In this document: in pieces, positions 10,006 to 18,040 of the stretch
How the letters are laid out: each line of letters starts with the position of its first letter
How positions within the stretch are numbered: position 1 is the first letter of the stretch
DNA from: an uncultured bacterium
GTDB taxonomy: Bacteria > Auribacterota > Erginobacteria > Erginobacterales > Erginobacteraceae
Assembly: GCA_963822585.1 (NCBI GenBank)
Contig: CAWGIE010000031.1
Location: forward strand, 224,001-288,000
Reading direction: 5' to 3'
Length of the DNA stretch: 64,000 nt
Made by a program: the position numbers and the translations under genes
Notes under the pieces: model-generated
Told to the model about the DNA's origin: nothing
Databases searched by the model: none
The model's input: the letters and a program-made list of their open reading frames with translations, nothing else

Positions 10006-10106
10006 AACCACGAAGGGCACGAAGAGCACGAAGGTTACCGCCAAGGAGAGTACATACCTGTCTGGTCTATCAACGGTTCTTCGTGTCCTTCGTGTTCTTC
10101 GTGGTT
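10006..10106. repeat. Nonamer-periodic inverted-repeat element (CACGAAGRG)3...(CTTCGTGTY)3
   Basis: AACCACGAAGGGCACGAAGAGCACGAAG ... CTTCGTGTCCTTCGTGTTCTTCGTGGTT. Confidence 0.85.
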
Positions 10107-10109
10107 ATT

Positions 10110-11039
10110 TTACATTTTTCCCGGTGTATCTGCCAGGTGGCTGGCGAGTATCGGCAGGCCTTCCGAGAGGGGGATCTTCGGGGTGAATCCGAAGAGCTCC
10201 TCCATCTCCCGGGAGGAGGGCCGGAAGTCGATATACTCTGGTACCCGACCGGCAGTCTCAATGACAGCCTCGATCTCGAAGATGCGGGCCGCCGCCTCAA
10301 CCAGCTGCTTGATGGTCAGGGGTTCGCCCAGGCAAAAATCCACTACCCGGTTGCCGGCATCGCTCTTCAGTACCGCACTTACTCCCCGCACCGTGTCTTC
10401 CACGAACATGGCATCGATCAGGTTTTGACCGTCACCACGGATGGTGAAAGACGGCTTCCGTTCAAGGGCAAATCTCTTCACCAGGCGGGTATAGATCTTG
10501 CGTGGCGGCTCGTAGGGACCATAAGCCCCGAAAAACCGAAGGATGACATACTGATCGATCCGGCCGGTTTTTTGGAAGAACTTAATGTACTGCTCGCAGG
10601 CCAATTTCCCGATCGCGTAAGGCAAACGGGGGTCAAGGCGGGATGAGGGGGATATTGCTCCCGAGAGCCCGTCATAGACCGCCCCGGAGGAGAAATAGAT
10701 AAACCGGCCCACGGTGAAATGCTGTAAGAAATGCACCAGCCCGAGAACGGTATCGGTTAGATCCACATCCGGATGGGATACCGAATAGGCGGGGTCTCCA
10801 TTCCCGGCCAGGTAGATCACCGCTTCAATCTGACCGTCTCTTTTCTCAGCCAAAGCCGACAGAGCGGCTTGATCGGTCAGGTCGATGCATTCTATTTCGA
10901 CTTCGGCAAGAGAATGATCCTCCACGAAACCCGGGAGTTCCCCTCCCCGGTCAATCGCGATCAGGTGATGATCGGGTGACAACCCCAGAAGAAGGTTCTT
11001 CCCGATAAATCCGCCGGCGCCGGTAATGGTGACATGCAT
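10110..11039 (-). CDS. NAD-dependent epimerase/dehydratase (extended SDR)
   Basis: TGAGGFIG, SSGAVY, YAIGK, LRFFGAYGPYE. Confidence 0.85.
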   Translation of the reverse strand: MHVTITGAGGFIGKNLLLGLSPDHHLIAIDRGGELPGFVEDHSLAEVEIECIDLTDQAALSALAEKRDGQIEAVIYLAGNGDPAYSVSHPDVDLTDTVLGLVHFLQHFTVGRFIYFSSGAVYDGLSGAISPSSRLDPRLPYAIGKLACEQYIKFFQKTGRIDQYVILRFFGAYGPYEPPRKIYTRLVKRFALERKPSFTIRGDGQNLIDAMFVEDTVRGVSAVLKSDAGNRVVDFCLGEPLTIKQLVEAAARIFEIEAVIETAGRVPEYIDFRPSSREMEELFGFTPKIPLSEGLPILASHLADTPGKM

Positions 11040-11092
11040 TGTTTTATTCCGTCAATTTGCAGTAATAACAAAGGTTACGGGGATAAGAAAAC

Positions 11093-11193
11093 CGGTAATC
11101 GGTAATCGGTGATCAGTAATCAGGTGTCCCCGCAAGAGCGGCCGGTTGACTGATTACCGATTACTGATTACTGATCACCGATTACCGATCACT
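11093..11193. repeat. Heptamer-periodic inverted-repeat element, copy D
   Basis: CGGTAATCGGTAATCGGTGATCAGTAATCAG...CTGATTACCGATTACTGATTACTGATCACCGATTACCGATCACT; contains the stop at 11189. Confidence 0.9.
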
Positions 11194-12154
11194 TTTTCCC
11201 GCTCCCCTCCCACCCCCGGTACCACTCGATGCTCCGTTTCAAACCTTCTTCCAACATCACCGACGGCTCAAAGCCCAGCAGCTTCAGGGCTTTTTGCGTG
11301 CTCGGAATTCTCAATGCCACGTCTGCCCCCAGTTCCTCCCGGAACTGGAGTCTCGATGAGGAGCCGCTGAGGACAATGATTTTCTCCGCCAGATCACGGA
11401 TGGTGACGGCGGCCATGTGGTTGCCGATATTGAAGACCTGTCCCACCGCTTCCTCTTTTTCCAGGCAGAGAAGAACCCCCCGCACAAAGTCTTCTATATA
11501 GCACCAGGCGCGGATCTGGGAGCCGTCGCCGTTGATAAAGAGAGGGTCTCCCCGCAACGCGGCCAGGATGAACTTCTGAACCGCCCCTTCTCCCACCTGG
11601 TAGGGCCCGTAGATATTGAACGGCCTGACCGTGACGGCGGGCAACCCGTATTCGACATAGTAGCAGTGGGTCATGTGCTCGGCGGCCAGCTTGCTGACGG
11701 CGTATATCCATCGGAGCACCCCCACCCGCCCGTGAATGGTGGAATCTCCCTCATCGGCCTGGTAAACGAAAGACCCGTAAACCTCGCTGGTGGAGAAATC
11801 AATCAGCCTCTCCACACCTTCCCGGACCGCCGCGTCGAGCACGTTCTCGGTTCCCCTCATGTTCACCTTCATCGTCACGGTCGGCCGTTTGTTTACCGTA
11901 TCAATCCCGGCGATGGCCGCCAGGTGAACGACCAGCCGGCAGCCGGCCATCGCGCCGGCCAGGCGGTCGCAATCGAGGACATCTCCCTTGATGAAAGAAA
12001 CGTTGGGATGATCGGGGAGGTCGGTCAGGTGAATGGCGTCCCGGTGCTGATTGTCGTAGATCACCACTTCGTTCTCGTCGGCCAGCACCCGGCAGAGGTT
12101 GGTTCCGATAAAACCGGCGCCGCCGGTCAATAGTATTTTTTTACCCTGAATCAT
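11189..12154 (-). CDS. NAD-dependent epimerase/dehydratase (UDP-sugar 4-epimerase/decarboxylase-like SDR)
   Basis: TGGAGFIG, HLAA, STSEVYG, RWIYAVSK, RPFNIYGP, GDGSQ.R.WCY. Confidence 0.85.
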   Translation of the reverse strand: MIQGKKILLTGGAGFIGTNLCRVLADENEVVIYDNQHRDAIHLTDLPDHPNVSFIKGDVLDCDRLAGAMAGCRLVVHLAAIAGIDTVNKRPTVTMKVNMRGTENVLDAAVREGVERLIDFSTSEVYGSFVYQADEGDSTIHGRVGVLRWIYAVSKLAAEHMTHCYYVEYGLPAVTVRPFNIYGPYQVGEGAVQKFILAALRGDPLFINGDGSQIRAWCYIEDFVRGVLLCLEKEEAVGQVFNIGNHMAAVTIRDLAEKIIVLSGSSSRLQFREELGADVALRIPSTQKALKLLGFEPSVMLEEGLKRSIEWYRGWEGSGKK

Positions 12155-12275
12155 TATAAAATTTTCCTCCGGAAAATTTTAAACATTCAAATCAATTAAC
12201 AGACCCCCGACGCTCGCGGCGGAGGGCACTGAATTAGCAACCGGTGAGCGCTAATTGGAAACATAATAACAAGGC

Positions 12276-14513
12276 TCACTGTTGTATTTCAAGCAAAGTA
12301 TCTCCCGGGGCGGAGGGGGTGGCTGACGCGGACTCCTCCACCGGGAATGAGATCTTCAGCCGTCCGCTCCGATGAGCTTTGTGATGAGGCATCCCTCCCC
12401 GGGAGTAATACATCACTTCCCCCAGCGGAAGATCGATCCAGGGAGACTTGCTGTAGAATACCCAGGTGCCCAGCCGCCAGCTGCTGCCGACGAAGAGCGG
12501 GCCGCCGGGAGCGGTGAATTCCCACCTGCTCCACGCACCCGCCTGCTCCCCCTCCAGCAACGGCGAAACGGCCGCCTGCCGATCGGGGAGTCCGTCCCCG
12601 TTGCTGTCCGTGTAAACAATCATCCGGAAGGCCCCGCCGGGACCCGGGGCGGCATGAGCCATCTCCAGCACCACCTTCTGCCCTCGGGGAACTTCCCGCG
12701 TGACTTCCCAGAGACCGATATCGAAGTAGTCCGCGTACTCCGTACCGGGGAGTGCCCCTCCGGGGGGAGGCCGGTCTCCGGAAGTCGCCGTCTCTTCCGG
12801 GAGCTGGCCGTCACGGCGGCTTTTGACGGCGATAATCCAGCTTTCGATATGCTGTTTCCGGAAGCGTTCATCCCAGACGACGGGGGCATTGGCGCGGCGG
12901 CGGAGCCGCTTCCCCGCCCAGTCCACGACATCGTCCGCCAGCAGGGGCACGATATCGACCGGGAACTTTTGTAATATCTCCATTTGATAAAAGCGGTTGA
13001 GGTAGGAATACTCGGTTGCCAGGTTGGTGTGCCAGCCGTGGAGTACCAGAATATCTCCGTCCTTCAGTGTGGACCGGGTCTGCCGGGTATAGCCGCGCAG
13101 GGGACGGCCGGCCCAGAAACCGGTTTTCTGCAGTTCATCGGTGAAGATGCGGCGGTCGAGAAAATGATCTTTCAGGAAGAGGGCACTCCGGGAGATATCG
13201 GCGAAGCTCTCCCGCGACCAGTAAAGAACAAAAGCGGTGAAGAGCAGGCTGGTGCCCAGGCAGATAAAGAGAGCGGCGCGACCGACCCATTTGATTTTAT
13301 TCCATCCCCAGAGCCGGCTTAATCCGTACCCGGCCAGGACCAGGGCAAAAGGGACCAGGGTGTATTGATATCGCGGCGTCCACCATTTATTAACCACCAG
13401 GGCGTAGAAAATGGCGGATAGAAAATAACCGTAAAAAGACAGCCAGAGTACCCGCCGGGCGCAATGCCAGAGCGAGACCAGGGTCATGATCAGGCCCAGG
13501 AGAGCCGCCAGGGCAACCGGGTACACGATAACGTAGGGATAAGAATAGAGATAATGGGAAAGCCATGCCTGCCAGCGCCCCGCGAGGGAGCCGTAGGAGG
13601 TGATCATCCCCTGCTGGTACCAGGTGCTTTGAGCCAGGTCGATCTGCCAGATATAGAGAAAATAATAGCTGCTGAAAGCCAGGGTCATCACGATCGGGAC
13701 CAGCGGTCTCCGGTACCACCATCCCCTGATCTCCCCCCTCCGGGGGATCGGGTAGATGAGGATCAGGGAAGCGATCAGCCACGCTCCTCCGCTGAAAGCA
13801 AGCTGCCAGGCCGCTGAACCAACGGGAAGACGGACCGGGAAGAAGACCAGGACCTGGGCGAAATATAACTGGACATGATTCTGGAACGGGGGACTGGTAA
13901 AAAAGGCGGCGGCCAGCGCGGTCAGGCCGGCCGGGAAAACAACCAGCCAGAGACGGAGCTTGTTTTCCCGGACTGTCTTGACCCCAAAATATCCGGCGGC
14001 CGCGATGACGGCCACCGGGACCAAAACTAGACCGGTCGGATAGGTGAGCACGGCCACGCCGCCGCTGAAAATGCCCCCGGCCAGAAAGAGCACCCGATCG
14101 GATTCGATGTATTTAAAAATGCCGTATACAAAAAGCAGGACAAAGAGAGAATACAGGCTGTGGGGGAATATCCGCAAAGACCAGCGAAATATCAGGGGGG
14201 AGACCGAATAAAGCAGGATGGTGAAAAGAGCGCTTCGGCGATCATAGATAATCCGGGCCAGACCGAACAAGGGAAAAATAGCCAGGGACGCGGCCAGGAT
14301 GGAAACCAGGCGGCCGGCAATAACCGGATCGCCCGTTATTTTCCTGAGCAGCACGATCGCGAATGGATAGGCGGGAAGAATGATGGTACCCTGGATCCGT
14401 TCCAGGGCGTTCATGTAAAGAATGCTGTCGGTATAGGTGGCGGGATGCCAGTTGATAAGGAGCAGTCGGGCGAGCAGGTTAACCCCGAAGATAATAAATA
14501 CCCATCTTTTCAC
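12276..14513 (-). CDS. GT-C fold (PMT_2/GT39-like) membrane glycosyltransferase with C-terminal novel domain
   Basis: 745 aa; TM, YTDSILY loop, LPAYP, AGRLVS, TPRY; multiple TM segments. Confidence 0.75.
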   Translation of the reverse strand: MKRWVFIIFGVNLLARLLLINWHPATYTDSILYMNALERIQGTIILPAYPFAIVLLRKITGDPVIAGRLVSILAASLAIFPLFGLARIIYDRRSALFTILLYSVSPLIFRWSLRIFPHSLYSLFVLLFVYGIFKYIESDRVLFLAGGIFSGGVAVLTYPTGLVLVPVAVIAAAGYFGVKTVRENKLRLWLVVFPAGLTALAAAFFTSPPFQNHVQLYFAQVLVFFPVRLPVGSAAWQLAFSGGAWLIASLILIYPIPRRGEIRGWWYRRPLVPIVMTLAFSSYYFLYIWQIDLAQSTWYQQGMITSYGSLAGRWQAWLSHYLYSYPYVIVYPVALAALLGLIMTLVSLWHCARRVLWLSFYGYFLSAIFYALVVNKWWTPRYQYTLVPFALVLAGYGLSRLWGWNKIKWVGRAALFICLGTSLLFTAFVLYWSRESFADISRSALFLKDHFLDRRIFTDELQKTGFWAGRPLRGYTRQTRSTLKDGDILVLHGWHTNLATEYSYLNRFYQMEILQKFPVDIVPLLADDVVDWAGKRLRRRANAPVVWDERFRKQHIESWIIAVKSRRDGQLPEETATSGDRPPPGGALPGTEYADYFDIGLWEVTREVPRGQKVVLEMAHAAPGPGGAFRMIVYTDSNGDGLPDRQAAVSPLLEGEQAGAWSRWEFTAPGGPLFVGSSWRLGTWVFYSKSPWIDLPLGEVMYYSRGGMPHHKAHRSGRLKISFPVEESASATPSAPGDTLLEIQQ

Positions 14514-14579
14514 GAGAAAGTTATTTGACGGTTTTGAGTAGTGCTCTGCCGTAATGTATCCAATCAGCCAACCCTAAAA

Positions 14580-14793
14580 AAATTCCAAATCCTAAGCACC
14601 AAATAACAAACAAATTCTAAATAACAATGACCAAAATTCCAAACGAATCACTAACGTCAAGGGAATAACTTTAACTTCATTGTAACGCCTTGGTTATTCG
14701 GTTGGACACTTTGGTTAACCTGGGCTTTACCAGGCTGTTTGGAATTTTGAATTTGTGATTTATTTGTTATTTGGTGCTTGTGATTTGGAATTT
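14580..14793. repeat. AT-rich periodic inverted-repeat element (~60-bp arms around a ~90-bp non-coding core)
   Basis: Left arm AAATTCCAAATCCTAAGCACCAAATAACAAACAAAT; reverse complement of right arm AAATTCCAAATCACAAGCACCAAATAACAAATAAAT. Confidence 0.85.
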
Positions 14794-14831
14794 ATGCGGC
14801 GTCCTTTTCATTTAAATATCATAAAAGGCAT

Positions 14832-16943
14832 TTATTCCCCTGATTCTGATTGTTCATCCTCAATCTCCACCGTCATGTTGGTGGAGCGGGGACCGGTGGA
14901 AAGAACCGGCGCGCCGCCCTGCGAATAAAACATTGTTGGAGAGAAATCCTTGCTCTTCCAGCCGGTTCGGTCAAAGAAAACCCGGGCCCCGTCTTCCCAG
15001 GTGTCTCCCAGAAATATCTTGCCGTCGGGCGCGGAAAACGTCCAGTAGCTCCAGTCTCCGGCAGTGCGGGCGGTGAGAAAGATCGACCGCCCAAGTTCCC
15101 GATCAGGTTTATCGTCCTTGTTTTGGTCCCCATAGGCGACAATATAAAAGCCCCCTTCCTTGCCGGCGGCGGCATGCTGGAGCTTGACCATAAGGGTATC
15201 CCCGGGCTGATAGGGCTTTTTCACTTCCCAGATCTGCAGCCGGTGTCCCGGAGAAGTCCGGGTTTGAACGGTAGGCACGGGCGCCCGATCGGTGCTGACC
15301 CGGAATTCCCCCGCCCCCGAGAGTTCCTCCAGGTAGGATTTAAGCTGGAGCTGATAGAGGAGATTCAATACCCCCACTATCAAAACAACGATCAAAAGTC
15401 CAATGGCTACTTTGGCCAGACCGGAGGAAACTCCTCCGGAATATCCCGGCCCGGAACCGTTTTTTTCTTTCTTCCCGTAAAATGTCATGGTTATTCCTCC
15501 TATCAGCCAGATCAGGTAAAGGGGAACTAAGCTCAGGGAACCAAGGCGGTGGTTTAAAAGGACAAGCTGCCCCTTTAGCCCGGCTACTTCCCCCAGGTTA
15601 AAGGCATTGAAATACCCGGAGATCGCTGAATTGGTTTGAAAGGTTGTTTCCTGGTTTATGGAGAGGTTTCCATTGAAAAAGGCGAAAAAATAGAGATCGC
15701 GGAACGGGTGGGCGACGTACTCCTCCGGTCTCACCGAGACGGCGGTCAGCATGAAGAAGATGGAGAGAGCGGCCAGGAGAGCCGAAAACCGGGGGAACCT
15801 GACGACAAAGAAGAAGGCCAGCAGCGCCAGATAGGGGAGCATCTCCATCGCGTGCCGGGGCCCGAGGGCCTTGCCCCCGTACCAGTACGGGTAGATGCTG
15901 TTGATGAAGAAATATACCGTCACCAGCACGGTGAGAGTAACGAGAAGGCCCCGTAATCCTTTCCGTTTCGAGAAGTAATAGAAACCGGGCACTGCCAGGA
16001 TCAGGAAAGGGGAGATATGGAAAAGGCCCCGAAAAGGACCGAAAGATGTCTGGTAGAGCGCCTTGACCAGTTCGGCCGTCTGGAATCCCAGCAGTGGTCC
16101 TTTCCGATAGGCCGCGTGAGCGGCGGCTCTCTTATCGAAATAGGCGACGAAGAACAAGTTTCCGAATACCAGGTAATTATACACGATCAGTACACAGGCC
16201 GGGATGACGAGACCGGCCAGAAAAAGGCCGAAACGAAGGGGCCGCCCTCCTTTGTGAAAAAGTGATCGGAGCAGGCAATAGAGCGAGAGCAATGAAACGA
16301 TCACGATCGTCGGGTACTCCGTCACCACCGCCCAGCCGCCGCTTAAGCCGGCCAGAAAGAGATAAATCGGGCCGCGGGCCGCAGTGGGAGCATGAACCAG
16401 ATATTTATAAAGCAGATAAAAAGAGATCAGTGTCAGGACCGAGCTCACCATGTGGCCGTATAACACCGTCGAATAGGCGAAAGCCGGGGTGCCGAGAAAA
16501 AGCCCCAGGGTGCAGATCAAGCGCGGAACCGCACCGGCATAAAAGAGACCGAGCAGGCGAAAGAAGACGACGCCGCCCAGGGCGCAGGGAAGCGCCACCA
16601 GGAGAACGGTGACCAGGTAGCAGGAGAGGAGGTAATAAAAATCTTCCGAGGTGAGAGCGATGATGGTCCCCTTCAGGCGGGAGATGAGGAAATAGGGAAC
16701 GACACCGGAAAGACTCATCCCGGGAGCCTTGTTCGGGTAGATCCTGCCGTCAACTTCAACCACGTCGTGACTGGGAACCCGGATACCTTTGAAATGGAGC
16801 TGTCCCCGTTCGGCGATCGCCCGCATCTGGCCGAGACGGGCATTCTGGTTGGCTCCGCCCCCCTGGTAAAAATACGCGAAGCTGCAAAATAACACCAGGA
16901 AGAGCGTGATTTCTAATCTATTCTTCCGGAGAGACAAATCCAT
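14832..16943 (-). CDS. Polytopic membrane protein, probable GT-C fold glycosyltransferase, with C-terminal novel domain
   Basis: NQNARL, YPNKAPGMS, GTPAFAYS.VLYGH, VTEYP, RGLF..SP, YW.GG...GPRH; exact start uncertain (ATG 16943 or nearby TTG). Confidence 0.7.
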   Translation of the reverse strand: MDLSLRKNRLEITLFLVLFCSFAYFYQGGGANQNARLGQMRAIAERGQLHFKGIRVPSHDVVEVDGRIYPNKAPGMSLSGVVPYFLISRLKGTIIALTSEDFYYLLSCYLVTVLLVALPCALGGVVFFRLLGLFYAGAVPRLICTLGLFLGTPAFAYSTVLYGHMVSSVLTLISFYLLYKYLVHAPTAARGPIYLFLAGLSGGWAVVTEYPTIVIVSLLSLYCLLRSLFHKGGRPLRFGLFLAGLVIPACVLIVYNYLVFGNLFFVAYFDKRAAAHAAYRKGPLLGFQTAELVKALYQTSFGPFRGLFHISPFLILAVPGFYYFSKRKGLRGLLVTLTVLVTVYFFINSIYPYWYGGKALGPRHAMEMLPYLALLAFFFVVRFPRFSALLAALSIFFMLTAVSVRPEEYVAHPFRDLYFFAFFNGNLSINQETTFQTNSAISGYFNAFNLGEVAGLKGQLVLLNHRLGSLSLVPLYLIWLIGGITMTFYGKKEKNGSGPGYSGGVSSGLAKVAIGLLIVVLIVGVLNLLYQLQLKSYLEELSGAGEFRVSTDRAPVPTVQTRTSPGHRLQIWEVKKPYQPGDTLMVKLQHAAAGKEGGFYIVAYGDQNKDDKPDRELGRSIFLTARTAGDWSYWTFSAPDGKIFLGDTWEDGARVFFDRTGWKSKDFSPTMFYSQGGAPVLSTGPRSTNMTVEIEDEQSESGE

Positions 16944-17080
16944 CCTCCAATCTGCGAGTTCGGCGAGCTGATTTATATAAATAGGTAGCGTCAAAGACAC
17001 TACTTTTATATCATACTGGGATACCTACAGCCACCGGAATATAACTTGCTGCTTCGGAATTTCAATAATCGGAAAAATCA

Positions 17081-17155
17081 TTAAATTAGCGGCGCAGCCG
17101 CTAATTTAAAAATAATACTTTTTAAATTCGCGACCAAAGGGAGCTAATTTAAAAA
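17081..17155. repeat. Two tandem short hairpins (AAATTAGC...GCTAATTT family) in the divergent intergenic region
   Basis: TTAAATTAGCGGC-GCA-GCCGCTAATTTAA (17081-17109); TTTTTAAATTCGC..GCTAATTTAAAAA (17119-17155). Confidence 0.8.
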
Positions 17156-17844
17156 TGAAAATATTCAGTCGAGAATTCTGGGGAACGGTTCTCATCTGGT
17201 TCGGGGTGGTAATCTTTCTGGCGGTCATCTACGACGCCGTCCGCCCGGTCTTTCCCCGGGAATCACCGTACCCGTTTATCCGATCGATTCAGGCCTTTTT
17301 ACGCGGCGAATCCGCCCGCAAGCCGGAGGTGACGGCAACGGTAAAGACGGAGCACCCTCCCCGCCGTCCGCCGCTCTTTCGCGGTGATGAGACACCGGGG
17401 GGATTACTGACCACCGCCACCTATCAGCCGCCGGCGGAGCACCGGCAGTGGGTCTGGGAGATCAAACCGGGTAGCAAAACCGGAAAGACGGTATCGGTGG
17501 AAATAGCCCATGCCGCCCCGGGCCAATCCGGCGGGTTTTCGATTCTGGCCTACGCGGATACCGATGGAGACGGTTTCCCCGACCGCAAAGTGGCGGAATC
17601 GGCATTTTTAACCGCGGAGAAATCGGGCCAATGGTCAACCTTCACCTTCACCAGCGGGGAAAAGACCCTTTTTGTCGGCAATTCCTGGCCGGAAGGAGCG
17701 AACACCGTCATTTTCAGGGGGAATGGCCTCTGGCCCCTGGCCGAGCCGCTGCTGGAAGGCCGTTTTTATTATGCTGTCGCCGGCGCCGATTCGCGTTCAG
17801 CCGGCCCCGCTTTCACCAACCTGCGGGTCCATTTCTCAGATTAA
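17155..17844 (+). CDS. Single-pass membrane protein consisting mainly of the novel ~130-aa domain
   Basis: N-terminal TM, Pro-rich linker, then HRQWVWEI...AHAAPGQSGGF...YADTDGDGFPDR. Confidence 0.8.
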   Translation: MKIFSREFWGTVLIWFGVVIFLAVIYDAVRPVFPRESPYPFIRSIQAFLRGESARKPEVTATVKTEHPPRRPPLFRGDETPGGLLTTATYQPPAEHRQWVWEIKPGSKTGKTVSVEIAHAAPGQSGGFSILAYADTDGDGFPDRKVAESAFLTAEKSGQWSTFTFTSGEKTLFVGNSWPEGANTVIFRGNGLWPLAEPLLEGRFYYAVAGADSRSAGPAFTNLRVHFSD

Positions 17845-18040
17845 TTATTTTTTCTTCGAAAAAATAATTGGTAAATCGTTCGGCGCTATTCGCGCCCTAT
17901 TCCCCCGGCCGGATGTCGGCCGTGTTCAGGGATACCCTTGGCGATAGTATCTGACAGGAAATATTTGTTGTTCAGCGACAGCCGATGGCAGCAAGCGGAC
18001 GGCCACATAATAAGACAGCGAGCGGAGCGCGCTGATTGAC

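Noticed and set aside
659..11193. Hairpins at gene ends as integron attC sites
   Set aside because: No RYYYAAC/GTTRRRY boxes recognisable, arms are tandem-periodic and no integrase is in the window.
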